A DNA stretch of 64,000 nucleotides from Myxococcota bacterium. Its GTDB lineage: Bacteria > Myxococcota_A > UBA9160 > UBA6930. The position numbers and the translations under genes are program-made. The notes below the pieces were generated by a model, which saw only the letters and a list, made by a program, of their open reading frames with translations, ran no database searches and was not told the origin of the DNA. This document shows positions 46,772-57,377 of the stretch, one piece after another. How positions within the stretch are numbered: the stretch's first letter is position 1; each line of letters starts with the position of its first letter. The stretch covers positions 4,448,001-4,512,000 of the forward strand of contig OZ245002.1 in the NCBI GenBank assembly GCA_965223415.1. Reading direction: 5' to 3'.

Positions 46772-47628
46772 GCGCCCGTCCGCGAACGATAGGCCCGCAG
46801 GGTGTTGTGCAGCAGCATCGTGATCGTCATCGGGCCGACGCCCCGGCGATGGGGGGTAACGAGGGCGGCGATGCCCTGCACGCCCTCGAAGTCCACGTCG
46901 CCCACCAGCTCGCCGTCGACCTCGGTCACGCCCACGTCGATCACCACGGCGCCGGGGCGGATCCAATCCGGCTGTACCATGCGCGGCCGCCCGGTCGCGG
47001 CGACCAGGATGTCAGCGCTGCGGCAGATCCCGGCGAGGTCGCGGGTGCGCGAGTGGCACATGGTCACCGTCGCGTTGCGGCGTTGGAGGAGGAGCGAGAT
47101 CGGCTTGCCCACGATCATGCTGCGGCCGATCACCACAGCGTGGGCGCCCTCCACCTCGACGCCGTGATGGTCGAGGATCTCGAGGATCCCGAGGGGCGTG
47201 CACGAGAAGAGGCCGTCCTCGCCCATCACGAGCCGCCCGGCGTTGATCGGGCCGACTCCGTCCACGTCCTTGGCCGGCTCGATCGCCTCGGCCACGGCAT
47301 TGGCCCGGATCTGCGCCGGCACCGGCAGCTGGACCAGGATGCCGTCGATGCCCTGGTCGGCGTTCAGCTCCGCGACGAGCTCGAGCAGCGCTTCCTCCGA
47401 GGTCTCCTCGGGAAGATGGTGCTCGACCGACTCCATCCCGATGCGCCCCGCTGCGCGGCGCTTGCCCTTGATGTACGAGGCGCTGGCGGGATCGTCTCCC
47501 ACGCGCACCACGCACAGGCACGGTGCACGACCGCCGCCTGCGACGAGCTTCTCGATCTCCTCGCGCATCTGCTCGCGGAGCTTGCGGGCCAGGGCCAGGC
47601 CGTCGACGACGACGGTCTCGATGGGCAC
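46768..47628 (-). CDS. folD: Methylenetetrahydrofolate dehydrogenase/cyclohydrolase
   Basis: GILVQLP, KDVDG, SCTP, GRSMIVGKP, GVGPMT. Confidence 0.96.
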   Translation of the reverse strand: MPIETVVVDGLALARKLREQMREEIEKLVAGGGRAPCLCVVRVGDDPASASYIKGKRRAAGRIGMESVEHHLPEETSEEALLELVAELNADQGIDGILVQLPVPAQIRANAVAEAIEPAKDVDGVGPINAGRLVMGEDGLFSCTPLGILEILDHHGVEVEGAHAVVIGRSMIVGKPISLLLQRRNATVTMCHSRTRDLAGICRSADILVAATGRPRMVQPDWIRPGAVVIDVGVTEVDGELVGDVDFEGVQGIAALVTPHRRGVGPMTITMLLHNTLRAYRSRTGA

Positions 47629-47678
47629 GGGGGGCGTCCCTCCTCTGATGGCCGCGCAGGGTACCAATCCGCCCGGGC

Positions 47679-48023
47679 TCAGGCTGCGCTCTTGCCCTTC
47701 TTCGAGCCGCCTTGGCCTTTGCCCTTGCCCTTGCTCTCGCTCTTGCCGCCGCCCTTGGGCTCGTCCTTCGACTCGCTCTTGCCCGTGTCCTTGCTCTCGG
47801 AAGTCTCCTTGCCGGAGCCTTCGTCGTTCTTGGCGGGCTGGTTCGACGCGTAGAGATCGTTGTACCAGCCGCTGCCCTTCAGCACGAACGACGTTTGGGA
47901 GATCAGCCGCTTCGCCTTCATGGCCCCGCACTCCGGGCACTTCTTCACCGGGTTCGCGGTGATGCGCTGCTCCCTCTGGAACTCGTGGCCGCAGCCCTTG
48001 CACTCGTAGTCGTACACCGGCAT
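47679..48023 (-). CDS. FmdB-family zinc-ribbon protein
   Basis: MPVYDYECKGCG...CPECG...FVLKGSGWY with low-complexity tail. Confidence 0.92.
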   Translation of the reverse strand: MPVYDYECKGCGHEFQREQRITANPVKKCPECGAMKAKRLISQTSFVLKGSGWYNDLYASNQPAKNDEGSGKETSESKDTGKSESKDEPKGGGKSESKGKGKGQGGSKKGKSAA

Positions 48024-48167
48024 GGAGATTCCTCAGCAGACGGGCGGGGTTCCACGGATGGGGCGAACCGGGACGGTGGGTAGCCGAGTCACGGCGCCCC
48101 TGCCAGCTCGCCGAAGCGCGGGGCCGGACGCGCGGTCGCGGCCCGCGTCGAGGGCGACCTCGCTGCG

Positions 48168-48683
48168 CTAGCGGTCGCTCCCGGGACGCGCCGCGCCGTA
48201 GGCCGGCGGCATGGGCTCTCCTTCTCCCGTCTCGTCCACGGCCGTGATGGTCTCGACCAGGGCCATGTGGGTCTCCAGGGTCTGGCGCAGGGCGGCGCCC
48301 AGGCGGCCGCGCAGGGCCTTCATCTCGCGGATGTCCTCGGCGATCCGGGCCGCCCGCCGGTGGGACGCCTCCAGCACCTTCTCGGCCTGGAGCTCGGCCT
48401 CGGTCACCCGTACCTCCGCCTCGCGCATCGCCGTCTTCTTCAGGTCCTCACTCAAGGCTTGGGCTGTAACCAGCGTTTCCTGAAGGGTTTTCTCCTTGTC
48501 TCCCAGCACCTTGACCCGCTCCTCCAGATGCTGCACCCGCTCCATCAGCTGGTCGCGCTCGCGCATCAGGGCCTCGTAGTCCTCGCTGACGAGCTGGAGG
48601 AAGCCCTCCACCTCCATCGCGTCGACGCCGCGCATGCGCTGGGTGAAGGTGTGCTTCTGGATGTCGAGCGGAGTGAGCTTCAC
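48168..48683 (-). CDS. divIVA: DivIVA-domain protein
   Basis: KLTPLDIQKHTF...RGVDAMEV followed by coiled coil; GTG after GAGGGGG. Confidence 0.88.
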   Translation of the reverse strand: MKLTPLDIQKHTFTQRMRGVDAMEVEGFLQLVSEDYEALMRERDQLMERVQHLEERVKVLGDKEKTLQETLVTAQALSEDLKKTAMREAEVRVTEAELQAEKVLEASHRRAARIAEDIREMKALRGRLGAALRQTLETHMALVETITAVDETGEGEPMPPAYGAARPGSDR

Positions 48684-48755
48684 GCGGATCCCCCTCAGCG
48701 CGGTCACGCCGCTGCGCAGGAGATCGGCCCAAGCCATGGAAGACTTGAGCGTTTC

Positions 48756-49571
48756 TCAGCCGCGCCCGAGCTCCTTGGAGCGGGCCGTGGCCGCCCCGAC
48801 CGCGGCGTAGACGGCCGCGCGAAGGCCGCTGCGCTCGAGGGCTTCGAGGCCGGCGATCGTCGTTCCGCCTGGCGAGGCGACCTGGTCCTTCAGGACCGCC
48901 GGGTGTCGCCCGCTCTCCAGGGCCAGCTTGGCCGCCCCGTAGACGGTCTGGGTGGCGAGGGCGGAGGCGGCGTCCCGCGGTAGCCCCATGCGCACGCCCG
49001 CATCCGCCAGGGCCTCGAGCAGCACGAACACGTAGGCGGGCCCACTGCCCGACAGGCCGGTGACGGCGTCGAGCAGGCTCTCGGACGGCGCCTCCCACGC
49101 CAGACCCACCGCCTCGAAGAGCGCCAGGGCCCGGGCGCGATCCTCGTCGCCGCAGGCCTCGTTGGCGACGAAGGCGGTGGCGCCGGCGCCGGCGAGAGAA
49201 GGCGTGTTGGGCATGGCGCGTACGATCCGCGCGCCGGCGGGCAGCCCGGCCTCGAGGGTCGCCAGGGGAACGCCGGCCGCGATCGAGATCCAGAGCGCAT
49301 CGGCGGCGCCGGCCGCGGCGCGCACGCCCTCCAGCACCGCCGGCACCAGGCCCGGCTTGACGGCCAGGACCACGACGTTGCTTTCGGCCACGACCTCCCG
49401 ATTGTCGGTGCTGCCGCGCAGGCCGTGGCGGGCCTCCAGCTCTTTCACCCGGTCGGCGAGGGGGTCGGCGACCCGGACGCGTTCCGGGGCGCCGCCCGCC
49501 GCGATCCAGCCGGCGGCGAGGGCCTCGCCCATGGCGCCGGCGCCGAGGAAGCCGGTCTTGGGGTCCGTCAT
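48756..49571 (-). CDS. proC: Pyrroline-5-carboxylate reductase
   Basis: GAGAMG, AVKP, RAMPNTP, SGSGPAY, SPGGTT. Confidence 0.96.
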   Translation of the reverse strand: MTDPKTGFLGAGAMGEALAAGWIAAGGAPERVRVADPLADRVKELEARHGLRGSTDNREVVAESNVVVLAVKPGLVPAVLEGVRAAAGAADALWISIAAGVPLATLEAGLPAGARIVRAMPNTPSLAGAGATAFVANEACGDEDRARALALFEAVGLAWEAPSESLLDAVTGLSGSGPAYVFVLLEALADAGVRMGLPRDAASALATQTVYGAAKLALESGRHPAVLKDQVASPGGTTIAGLEALERSGLRAAVYAAVGAATARSKELGRG

Positions 49572-49574
49572 GAT

Positions 49575-50297
49575 TCAACGCTCCCGGGGTCCGAAGATCG
49601 CGGTACCGACCCGCACGATCGTGGCGCCCTCCTCGATGGCGACTTCGAAGTCGGAAGACATGCCCATGGAGAGCTCTCGCAGGGTCCCGCCTTCGGGCCG
49701 CGAAGACAAGTCGTCGCGCAGGGCCCGCAGCCGGGCGAAGGCCGGGCGCACCGCCTCGGGATCGTCGGAAGCGGCCGGGATCGCCATCAGGCCGACGGCC
49801 CGCAGGTGGGGGAGGGCCGCCGTCTCGGCGAGCAGCTCGGGCACGGCTTCCGGCGCCGCGCCGCCCTTTCGGCCGGCGGCCGCCTCGCCGCTCACGTCCA
49901 CCTGCAGCAGCACGTCGAGGACGCGGCCGGCGGCGCCGGTCCGATGGTCGAGCTCGGTCGCGAGGGAGCTTCGGTCCACGGTCTCCACGATGTCGAACAG
50001 GGGCACGACGAGCCGCGCCTTGTTGCGTTGCAGCTGGCCGACGAAGTGCCAGCGCGGCGCCGGCAGGCCGAGTCGCTCGCGCTCCGCATCGAAGCCCGGG
50101 CGCTCGTCGCGGGCCTCCTGGGCGTAGTTCTCCCCGAGGTCGCCGAGCCCCGCCGCCAGGGCGGCGAGCACGCGCTCCCGGGGCTGGCGCTTGCTGACAC
50201 CGACGAGGGTCACCTCCGCCGGGTCCCGTTCGGCCCGGGCGGCGGCGGCAGCGATGCGCTCGCGGACCCGGGCGAGGCGCTCCGCGGCGCCGCTCAC
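49575..50297 (-). CDS. yggS: PLP homeostasis protein
   Basis: [39 protein letters not shown]. Confidence 0.95.
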   Translation of the reverse strand: MSGAAERLARVRERIAAAAARAERDPAEVTLVGVSKRQPRERVLAALAAGLGDLGENYAQEARDERPGFDAERERLGLPAPRWHFVGQLQRNKARLVVPLFDIVETVDRSSLATELDHRTGAAGRVLDVLLQVDVSGEAAAGRKGGAAPEAVPELLAETAALPHLRAVGLMAIPAASDDPEAVRPAFARLRALRDDLSSRPEGGTLRELSMGMSSDFEVAIEEGATIVRVGTAIFGPRER

Positions 50298-50890
50298 GGG
50301 GCTTCCGCCTCGAAGCCGGCCTCGCGGAGGAGGGCGGCGGTCTCGTCGAGCGGCAGGCCGATCACGTTCGTCTCGCTGCCGACGACGCGCTCGACGAAGC
50401 GCCGCCCCTCGCCCTGGAGGGCGTAGCCACCCGCCTTGTCGAGGCTCTCGCCGGTCGCGACGTAGGCACGCAGCTCGTCGGCCTCCGCTGCGCGCATCAC
50501 CACGACGCTCTCGACCGAGAGCGCCCGGGAGACGGCGCCGCCCTCGCGAACCAGGGCCACCCCGGTCAGGACCCGATGGGTGCGCCCCACCAGCCGCCCG
50601 ATCAGCTCCAAGGCGTGGTCCGGATCCCGGGGCTTCCCCAGCACCTCCTCGCCGAGGACGACGACCGTGTCCGAGCCGAGCACTGCTGCCGCGGGCTCCG
50701 CGGTCGCCACCGCCGAGGCCTTGTCCAGGGCCAGCCGCTCCACCAGCTCGCGCGGTGTCTCCCCGGGCAGGCCCCGTTCGTCGACGTCCGGGGGCCGGAC
50801 CTCGAAGGGGAGCCCCGTCTTGGCAAGCAGCTCCCGGCGGCGCGGCGAGCCGCTCGCGAGGATCAGCCGCGGCAGAGGACGTTCGGCCAT
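50294..50890 (-). CDS. maf: Maf nucleotide pyrophosphatase
   Basis: [33 protein letters not shown]. Confidence 0.95.
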   Translation of the reverse strand: MAERPLPRLILASGSPRRRELLAKTGLPFEVRPPDVDERGLPGETPRELVERLALDKASAVATAEPAAAVLGSDTVVVLGEEVLGKPRDPDHALELIGRLVGRTHRVLTGVALVREGGAVSRALSVESVVVMRAAEADELRAYVATGESLDKAGGYALQGEGRRFVERVVGSETNVIGLPLDETAALLREAGFEAEAP

Positions 50891-50955
50891 GCGGGCCGGG
50901 GTACCGGCCGCCCGGGCCCGAGTCAAGCACCGGAGCAACAGCTAGCTTCGAGGCG

Positions 50956-51153
50956 ATGTCCCGTCGGCGACCGGCACGATCCCGGCCAATGTCCGGTTGG
51001 CGCCCCGTGCGGTCCCAGCCGACGTCCGGTCGGTGCTCTTCGCGGTCTCAGCCGACGTCCGGTCGGTGCCCTTCGTGGTCCCAGCCGACGTCCGGTCGGT
51101 GCCCTTCGCGGTCCGGGCCGGTGTCGGGTCGGCGGGCCGCGCGGTTCCGGGGA
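50956..51153 (+). repeat. Six tandem 33-bp units (VNTR) encoding xSGRxxxRSxP
   Basis: Units start at 50956, 50989, 51022, 51055, 51088 and 51121; core acgtccggtcggtgcccttcgcggtcccagccg. Confidence 0.9.
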
Positions 51154-51696
51154 ATCCCGGCCGGCTGGGTGCGCGGCACGGCGCTCGGCCTGCTCGCCTG
51201 GCTCGGCAGTGGGTGTGCCACCGGCTGGGTGGAGCGGGGTGGGCGCTTCGTCCACGAGGGACGCGGGCTCTCCATCTCGGCGCCGCCCGGCGGACCCTGG
51301 CGCGAGGTCTCCGTCGAGGGCGCGACGCTCACCCTGCAGGGCCCGTCCGGCGCGACCTTCAGCTGGCTCCGCGCCTGCGAGGAGCACCCGCCGTCGGCCC
51401 GCAACGCCGCCCGGGCGCTCCTCCGCAGCATCGACGGGCTGGTGGTCGACGCGGAAGGGCCGCTCGACGCCGGGCCGGGCAGCGCCTGGCGGGTCGAAGC
51501 CCGTGTGCGGGAGGGCCGCCGCGAGCTCGCCGTGCACACGGTCACCCGCGTCGTCGGCGACTGCACCGACGACTGGGTGCTGGTCGCGTCCCGGGAGCTC
51601 GCCCTGGCCGACGCCTTCGAGGCCTGGTGGGGCTCGGTCCGCGCCTCCGAGGTGGCGGCCGGGGCGCCGCCCGGGGCCCAGGGAGAGGCGCCGTGA
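50956..51696 (+). CDS. Putative lipoprotein heading the mlaEFD operon, with repeat-expanded N-terminus
   Basis: Hydrophobic h-region then LGSG-C; stop overlaps the mlaE start; TAGCTT -10 lies 7 nt before ATG 50956. Confidence 0.7.
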   Translation: MSRRRPARSRPMSGWRPVRSQPTSGRCSSRSQPTSGRCPSWSQPTSGRCPSRSGPVSGRRAARFRGIPAGWVRGTALGLLAWLGSGCATGWVERGGRFVHEGRGLSISAPPGGPWREVSVEGATLTLQGPSGATFSWLRACEEHPPSARNAARALLRSIDGLVVDAEGPLDAGPGSAWRVEARVREGRRELAVHTVTRVVGDCTDDWVLVASRELALADAFEAWWGSVRASEVAAGAPPGAQGEAP

Positions 51697-52529
51697 GCCA
51701 GCCCTTGAGCCTCCCCAGCCCGGTCACCCGCCTCGGCGACCGGGTGCTCGGCGGCGTCGACACGATGGGGGAGTTCGGCCTGCTCTGCCTGGCCTCGCTG
51801 CGGGCGCTTCGCCGTCGGGGCCTTCCGCTGCAGGAGACGCTCCTGCAGTTCGAGCAGATCGCCGTCCGCTCGACGGCGATCGTCGCGATCACCGCGCTCT
51901 TCACCGGCATGGTGCTGGCGCTCCAGACCGCCTTCGCGCTGACCCGCTTCGGCGCCAAGCCCTACGTCGGCAGCATCGTGGGCCTCGCGATCGTCCGGGA
52001 GCTCGGTCCGGTGCTCGCGGCGCTCATGGTGGGTGGGCGGGTCGGCGCGGGCATCACCTCCGAGCTGGGCTCGATGAAGGTGACGGAGCAGGTCGACGCC
52101 ATCCGGGCGATGGGGGCCGACCCGGTGGAGAAGCTCGTCGTGCCGCGGGTCGTGGCGACGACCCTGGGTCTCCCGTTGCTCACCCTGTTCGCGATCGTGC
52201 TCGGCGTGCTGGGCGGGCTCATCGTTGCGGACCTGCAGTACCGGATCGCTCCCGACTTCTTCCTCCAGACCGTGACCACCACCGTGACCGTCGGTGACTT
52301 CTTCTCCGGTGTGGTCAAGACCTTCGTCTTCGGTTGGACGATCGCGATGGTCGGCTGCTTCGTCGGCCTGCGCGCCGAGGGCGGGACCGCGGGGGTCGGG
52401 CGAGCGACGACCCGCTCGGTCGTTACGGCCTCGATCGCCGTGCTCGTGTCGGACTTCTTCCTCACCAAGCTGCTCATGCTCGTGCCCGGAGAGCGGATCC
52501 TCGTGTGGCTCGGAAGGGCGCTTTCGTGA
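51693..52529 (+). CDS. mlaE: Lipid ABC transporter permease
   Basis: RELGPVLAALMVGGRVGAGITSELGSMKVTEQVDA, GVGRATT. Confidence 0.93.
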   Translation: MSQPLSLPSPVTRLGDRVLGGVDTMGEFGLLCLASLRALRRRGLPLQETLLQFEQIAVRSTAIVAITALFTGMVLALQTAFALTRFGAKPYVGSIVGLAIVRELGPVLAALMVGGRVGAGITSELGSMKVTEQVDAIRAMGADPVEKLVVPRVVATTLGLPLLTLFAIVLGVLGGLIVADLQYRIAPDFFLQTVTTTVTVGDFFSGVVKTFVFGWTIAMVGCFVGLRAEGGTAGVGRATTRSVVTASIAVLVSDFFLTKLLMLVPGERILVWLGRALS

Positions 52530-53344
52530 GCGCGCCCGCCGCCGTCGAGCTGCGGGACGTCCGCAAGGCCTTTCGTGGACAGCCGGTGCTGCGCGGGGTG
52601 AGCCTGGCGATCCCGCCCGGCGAGACCTTCACCATCCTCGGCGGCTCCGGTTCCGGGAAGTCGGTGTGTGTGAAGCACATGATCGGGCTCCTCGAAGCCG
52701 ACACCGGCGAGGTGCGGATCGACGGCCGGGACGTCACGCACCTCTCCGAGCGGGGCTGGGTCGACGAGAGGAAGCGTTTCGGCATGGTCTTCCAGGGGGC
52801 GGCGCTGTTCGACTCCCTGAGCGTGTACGAGAACGTCGCCTACCCGATCCGCGAACACCGCCCGGACCCGGAGGCCGAGGTGCGTGCGCGAGTGCGCTGG
52901 TGCCTGGCGGAGGTGGGGCTCCCGGGTATCGAGGAGCTCTTCCCGGCCGAGCTCTCCGGCGGCATGCGCAAGCGGGTCGGCGTGGCTCGGGCGATCGCCC
53001 TCGAGCCCTCGGTGATCCTGTACGACGAGCCCACCACCGGGCTGGACCCGGCGAACTCCCGGCGCATCGGCCGGGTAATCCGCCAGCTCCAACGGGAGCT
53101 CGGGGTCACCTCCGTGGTGGTGACCCACGACATGGAGCTGTGTCACGCGGTCTCGGACCGCATTGCCCTGCTGCGGGACGGGCGCATCGTGGTGGACGGT
53201 CCGGCCGCGGAGCTGGCCGACGGCCGGCACCCCGAGATGCGCGAGTTCCTCGAGGGCACGGGCGATCCCGACGACGGGAGTGACGAGCCGACGCCTCCGG
53301 CCCGCGCGGGCCGGCATCAGGGAGAGGACGCCTCGCATGCCTGA
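52526..53344 (+). CDS. mlaF: Lipid ABC transporter ATPase
   Basis: GGSGSGKS, FQGAALFDSL, LSGGMRKRV, YDEPTTGLDP. Confidence 0.93.
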   Translation: MSAPAAVELRDVRKAFRGQPVLRGVSLAIPPGETFTILGGSGSGKSVCVKHMIGLLEADTGEVRIDGRDVTHLSERGWVDERKRFGMVFQGAALFDSLSVYENVAYPIREHRPDPEAEVRARVRWCLAEVGLPGIEELFPAELSGGMRKRVGVARAIALEPSVILYDEPTTGLDPANSRRIGRVIRQLQRELGVTSVVVTHDMELCHAVSDRIALLRDGRIVVDGPAAELADGRHPEMREFLEGTGDPDDGSDEPTPPARAGRHQGEDASHA

Positions 53345-54281
53345 TCGACGACGCCTGAGCCTGATCGTCGGGACCTTCGTGGTCGCGGCCCTCGTGGTGG
53401 GTGCCCTCGCGGTGCTCTTCCTCGGCGCCCGGGGCGGGATCCTGAACCCGCGCTACCGGCTCGTCACCTACTTCGACGACGTGCAGGGCCTGGTGTCCGG
53501 CGCACCGGTGCGCCTGGCGGGCCGGGACATCGGCTCGGTGGAGTTCGTGAACTTCGCGCCCCTCGGCGGCGACCTGCCGCCGGTCCGGGTGGTGATGCAG
53601 GTGGACGAGTCGGTGCAGGACCGGGTGCGCAGCGATTCGGTGGCTCGCATTGCGACCATCGGGTTGCTCGGCGACAAGTACGTCGAAGTCTCCATGGGCA
53701 CGGCCTTCGGCCGCGTGCTCGAGGACGGCGACGAGCTGGCTTCCGTGAGTCCCCTCGATCTGGGGATGGCGGTGGCGCGCGGCAGCGAGGCCATCGACAA
53801 CATCGCCACCCTGGCGGAGAACGTGAACCGGGTGGTCGAGGAGTTCGGCACGGCCATGGGCGGGCAGAAGGTCGCCGAGGCCACCGGCTCCCTCACCGCG
53901 ATCGTGAGCGAAATCCAGGAGGGAGAGGGCCTGCTCCACAGCCTGATCTACGACTCCTACGAAGGCAGCGGCGTCGAGAGCATCGAGAACTCGCTCGCCA
54001 CCCTCGAGGACATCCTGAACGAGATCGCCAAGGGCGACGGAACGCTCCACCGCCTGATCTACGGCGACGGCGAGGATTCCGACGTGCTCTCGGAGGCACT
54101 GGTGGCGATCCATCAGTTGAACACGATCCTCGGCAAGGTCGATGCGGGAAACGGGACCCTGGGGCTCCTGGTCAACGACCCCGGCCTCTACCACGACCTG
54201 CAGGAGCTGGTCGGCGGCGCCCAACGCAGCCTGGTCGTGCGCTCGTTGATCCGCCTCTCCACCGACGGCGAGGGGGAGTAG
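53337..54281 (+). CDS. mlaD: MCE-domain protein
   Basis: N-terminal TM; GLVSGAPVRLAG..IGSV; GLLGDKYV; GTLGLLVND. Confidence 0.9.
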   Translation: MPDRRRLSLIVGTFVVAALVVGALAVLFLGARGGILNPRYRLVTYFDDVQGLVSGAPVRLAGRDIGSVEFVNFAPLGGDLPPVRVVMQVDESVQDRVRSDSVARIATIGLLGDKYVEVSMGTAFGRVLEDGDELASVSPLDLGMAVARGSEAIDNIATLAENVNRVVEEFGTAMGGQKVAEATGSLTAIVSEIQEGEGLLHSLIYDSYEGSGVESIENSLATLEDILNEIAKGDGTLHRLIYGDGEDSDVLSEALVAIHQLNTILGKVDAGNGTLGLLVNDPGLYHDLQELVGGAQRSLVVRSLIRLSTDGEGE

Positions 54282-54289
54282 CCCCCGCG

Positions 54290-54625
54290 ATGGCGAAGCG
54301 ATGGACTCTCGCCTCGGCCCAGGCCCTCTTCCCGGACGTAAGGGAACGGACCGCCCGCGCCGTCGAAGCGACCGAGGCCCTCGTCGCCCGCCGCGAGCGC
54401 ATCGCCGCGAACACCCCGGAGCGTCGCGCCCTCGAGGAGCAGATCGACGGCGAGGTCTCCCGCTGGGTCCGCGAGATGGAAGCCCTGGGCCTCGAGATCA
54501 AGGGCCTCTGGCTCGTCGACTTCGACACCGGTGGCGGCTACCTCTGCTGGAAGTGGCCCGAAGAACGCCTCGCCTACTTCCACACCTACGAGCAGGGCTA
54601 CGCCGGCCGCACCCCCATCCAATGA
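54290..54625 (+). CDS. DUF2203-family protein
   Basis: EIKGLWLVDF...YLCWKWPE...FHTYEQGYAGR. Confidence 0.85.
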   Translation: MAKRWTLASAQALFPDVRERTARAVEATEALVARRERIAANTPERRALEEQIDGEVSRWVREMEALGLEIKGLWLVDFDTGGGYLCWKWPEERLAYFHTYEQGYAGRTPIQ

Positions 54626-54653
54626 CCGTCAAGTCAGGGGTCGGTTCCGTTTG

Positions 54654-55538
54654 TTAAGTTGTCGGGGCGTAGACGTCGATTCGTAGGGGCGTGGTCGCGT
54701 CGGTGGAGACACGGCAGCTGCCGTGCTTGGCCTCGACGCCGCGGGCCACGTCCTGGGCGAGGGCGAAGAGGGCGGCCAGGAGCTCGGCGGGCGCATCCGG
54801 GAAGGGCGGAGCCGGCTCCGCCGGCTCGACGATCCGGTGGCCCGGTGCGCGAGGCCGGGCCGGGCGCACGACCCGGACCGCGCCACGGGTCTCGAGCACC
54901 TGGTCGCGACTGCCCTCGTCGGCCCGCGGGACATCGCCTGCCGGTACGAGCTCTCCCGCACCGCCGGCGAGATCGCGCAGGAGCTGCTCGCGGATCCCGC
55001 CGCGGAGCTCGGCGCGGGCGCCATAGGCCGGGTGGTCGATCTCGATCGCCGCCTCGGTGCCCGCCTCCGCCAGCGCTGCCGCTGCGTCGCCCGGCACTGG
55101 GAAGCGGACGTAGTGGACCGCGCTGATGCGGTCCTCCTCCATCTGCTTCTCGTCGAAGCTCGCCCGGAGGCGATGGGGGCCGATCTGCAGGTGCAGGGCC
55201 TCGTCGATCCCGACCAGCCGGTCCAGCTCCGGGCGGATCTCGGCCAGGTCGGTGATCTCGATGAAGAGGGTGGCCGAGAGCTCGCCCTCGCCGGGCACGA
55301 GCTCGTTGTAGACGTCGAGCTCGTGCTGGACGGCGGCGGGCTCCCCTAACCCCTCGACACGGCACATCTCCAGCACCTGCCAGCGCACGGTCTCGCGATC
55401 CTCGAAGAGGAGCGTCACGCGATTCCCCACGGCCAGCCGCCGCGCCGCCTTGTGCGCCAGGATCGCCTGGCGGAGGGCGGGACGCAGGCGCTCGAAGCCG
55501 GCGGGGGAGGGCAGCTCCCGGAGCGCGAGCCGCTTCAC
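54654..55538 (-). CDS. DUF3501-family protein with C-terminal HIT-like extension
   Basis: [42 protein letters not shown]; about 95 extra C-terminal residues. Confidence 0.85.
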   Translation of the reverse strand: MKRLALRELPSPAGFERLRPALRQAILAHKAARRLAVGNRVTLLFEDRETVRWQVLEMCRVEGLGEPAAVQHELDVYNELVPGEGELSATLFIEITDLAEIRPELDRLVGIDEALHLQIGPHRLRASFDEKQMEEDRISAVHYVRFPVPGDAAAALAEAGTEAAIEIDHPAYGARAELRGGIREQLLRDLAGGAGELVPAGDVPRADEGSRDQVLETRGAVRVVRPARPRAPGHRIVEPAEPAPPFPDAPAELLAALFALAQDVARGVEAKHGSCRVSTDATTPLRIDVYAPTT

Positions 55539-56821
55539 TCGGCGGAGATCCCGTAGGCGTGGCGCAGCAGCACCACAGGATGGACCGCCTTGCGCCCGAG
55601 CCCTTCCTCGATCCGCAGGGCCGAGAGCGGGCAGTCCGTCGCCACGTGGTCCGCGCCGGCCTCCTCGATGCCGCCCAGCATCTTCTCGGCCACCTTCAAC
55701 GATTCGGCGTGGAAGCGGGCCTGCATCCCCCAGGTGCCGTCGACCCCGGAGCAGGCGTCCACCAGCACCACCTCGTCGGCGGCGAGCTTCAAGAGATCCC
55801 GGGAGCGGAAGCCGATGTTCTGGGCGCGCAGGTGACACGGAGCGTGGTAGGCCACCGTGCCCAGCGGCACCGAGAAGTCGCGCTGCATCTTCTTGGCCCG
55901 GGCCAGGTGGTAGAGGAACTCCATCAGGTCCTGGGTGTGCTCGGCCACCTTCCGGGCCGCGTCGGTTCCCAGCAGCCGGGGGTACTCCTCCTTCAGCATC
56001 AGCGAGCAGGAAGGCCCGGGCACCACCACCGTCGCGCCGGCCTCCACGTGGGGCAGGAGATCGGTGACGTTGCGCTCCGCGTTGCGGCGGGCCGCGTCCA
56101 GGTCGCCGGTATCCGTGTAGGGCATCCCGCAGCAGCGGTCGTAGGCCAGCTCGACGCGCACGTCGCTGTGCTCCAGCACGAGCACCGCCGAGCGCCCGGC
56201 GATCGGATCGCTGTAGTTGACCGAGCAGGTGGTGAAGAGCACCGCCCGCCCGTTCGCGCCCTCCACCTGGGGGCCGCCCCGCTTGGAGAACCAACGCTCT
56301 ACGGTCTGGAAGCCGTAGCTAGGCTGGACCCAGTCCCGGTGGATGCCGACGGTCTTCTCCATCAGCACCCGGCTGGCCCGGTTGCGATTGGCGAAGTTCA
56401 TGAGCGGCGCCGCGAGGGAGCCCACCTTGCCGATCAGGTCCGTCTGGGTGGTGAGCTTGCGCGACAGGGGCACGCCATGGTGCTTCGCCCGGGCCAGCTG
56501 GTGGCGCCGCATCAGCGCCGGGAAATCCACGTCCCACTCGTGGGGTGGATGGTAGGGACAGTGGTTGAAGCAGAGCTTGCAGTGGTAGCAGAGCTCGTTC
56601 ACCCGATCGAAGCCGTCCATCGTGACGCCCTCGATCTCGCTCTCCGTCGCGTCGACCAGGTCGAAGAGGGTCGGGAACGACGGGCACAACGGCAGACACC
56701 GCCGACACTGGTGGCAGATCTCGCCGACCCGCCGCAGCTCGCGCTCGATCTCCGCGAGGTCGAGGTAGTCCGGGTCGTCGTATCCGATGGTGCTCGGATG
56801 CTCGGGGAGCTCGACCTTCAT
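55535..56821 (-). CDS. Fe-S oxidoreductase (GlpC/CCG-domain), rubrerythrin-associated
   Basis: [18 protein letters not shown]...CPY, CCGMP, CHLR, CSGVDG, DCP. Confidence 0.9.
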   Translation of the reverse strand: MKVELPEHPSTIGYDDPDYLDLAEIERELRRVGEICHQCRRCLPLCPSFPTLFDLVDATESEIEGVTMDGFDRVNELCYHCKLCFNHCPYHPPHEWDVDFPALMRRHQLARAKHHGVPLSRKLTTQTDLIGKVGSLAAPLMNFANRNRASRVLMEKTVGIHRDWVQPSYGFQTVERWFSKRGGPQVEGANGRAVLFTTCSVNYSDPIAGRSAVLVLEHSDVRVELAYDRCCGMPYTDTGDLDAARRNAERNVTDLLPHVEAGATVVVPGPSCSLMLKEEYPRLLGTDAARKVAEHTQDLMEFLYHLARAKKMQRDFSVPLGTVAYHAPCHLRAQNIGFRSRDLLKLAADEVVLVDACSGVDGTWGMQARFHAESLKVAEKMLGGIEEAGADHVATDCPLSALRIEEGLGRKAVHPVVLLRHAYGISAE

Positions 56822-56832
56822 GGGGGTCCGTC

Positions 56833-56859
56833 GGGGCGCCGCCGCGCGGGCGGCGCCCC
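56833..56859. other. GC-rich intercistronic hairpin after rubrerythrin
   Basis: GGGGCGCCGCC-5nt-GGCGGCGCCCC. Confidence 0.55.
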
Positions 56860-56874
56860 CGGGAAACGGGTCGC

Positions 56875-57300
56875 CTAGAGGGCCTCGAGCTCGTCCAGGG
56901 CCTTCTGGAACCGCCCGGCGTGGCTCTTCTCGGCCTTCGCCAGGGTCTCGAACCACTCGGCGACGTCGCCGTGGCCCTCGTCCCGGGCGGTCTTGGCCAT
57001 CCCCGGGTACATCTCCGTGTACTCGTAGGTCTCGCCGGCCACCGCCGCCTCGAGATTCTTGTCCGTCGAGCCGATCGGCTTGTCCGTCGCCGGATCGCCG
57101 GCGGCCTTCAGGTAGTCCAGGTGGCCGTGGGCATGGCCCGTCTCGGCCTCGGCCGTGTCGCGGAACAGCCCGCCGACGTCCGGGTAGCCCTCGATGTCCG
57201 CCTGCTTGGCGAAGTACAGATAGCGGCGGTTCGCCTGGGACTCGCCCGCGAACGCGTCCTTGAGATTCTGGTGGGTCTTGCTGCCCTTGAGATCGCCCAT
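56875..57300 (-). CDS. Short (aerobic-type) rubrerythrin
   Basis: [44 protein letters not shown]; no rubredoxin domain. Confidence 0.95.
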   Translation of the reverse strand: MGDLKGSKTHQNLKDAFAGESQANRRYLYFAKQADIEGYPDVGGLFRDTAEAETGHAHGHLDYLKAAGDPATDKPIGSTDKNLEAAVAGETYEYTEMYPGMAKTARDEGHGDVAEWFETLAKAEKSHAGRFQKALDELEAL

Positions 57301-57377
57301 GGTCCCTCCGTCGGTTGAAGCGAGGGGCCATGGTAGACACGAGACCTCCGAGCGGCCAGTCGCGCGGGGACGCCCCG

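Noticed and set aside
48024..48167. Structured ncRNA (6S/SRP) between divIVA and the FmdB gene
   Set aside because: Only generic GC-rich pairing; no recognisable conserved motif.
50956..51153. 33-bp hairpin-containing repeats as a CRISPR array
   Set aside because: Units are contiguous with no unique spacers, are in frame within an ORF, and no cas genes are present in the window.
54630..54660. GGGGTCGGTTCCGTTT as a REP element between convergent genes
   Set aside because: Single copy in the window with no partner arm; cannot be supported.
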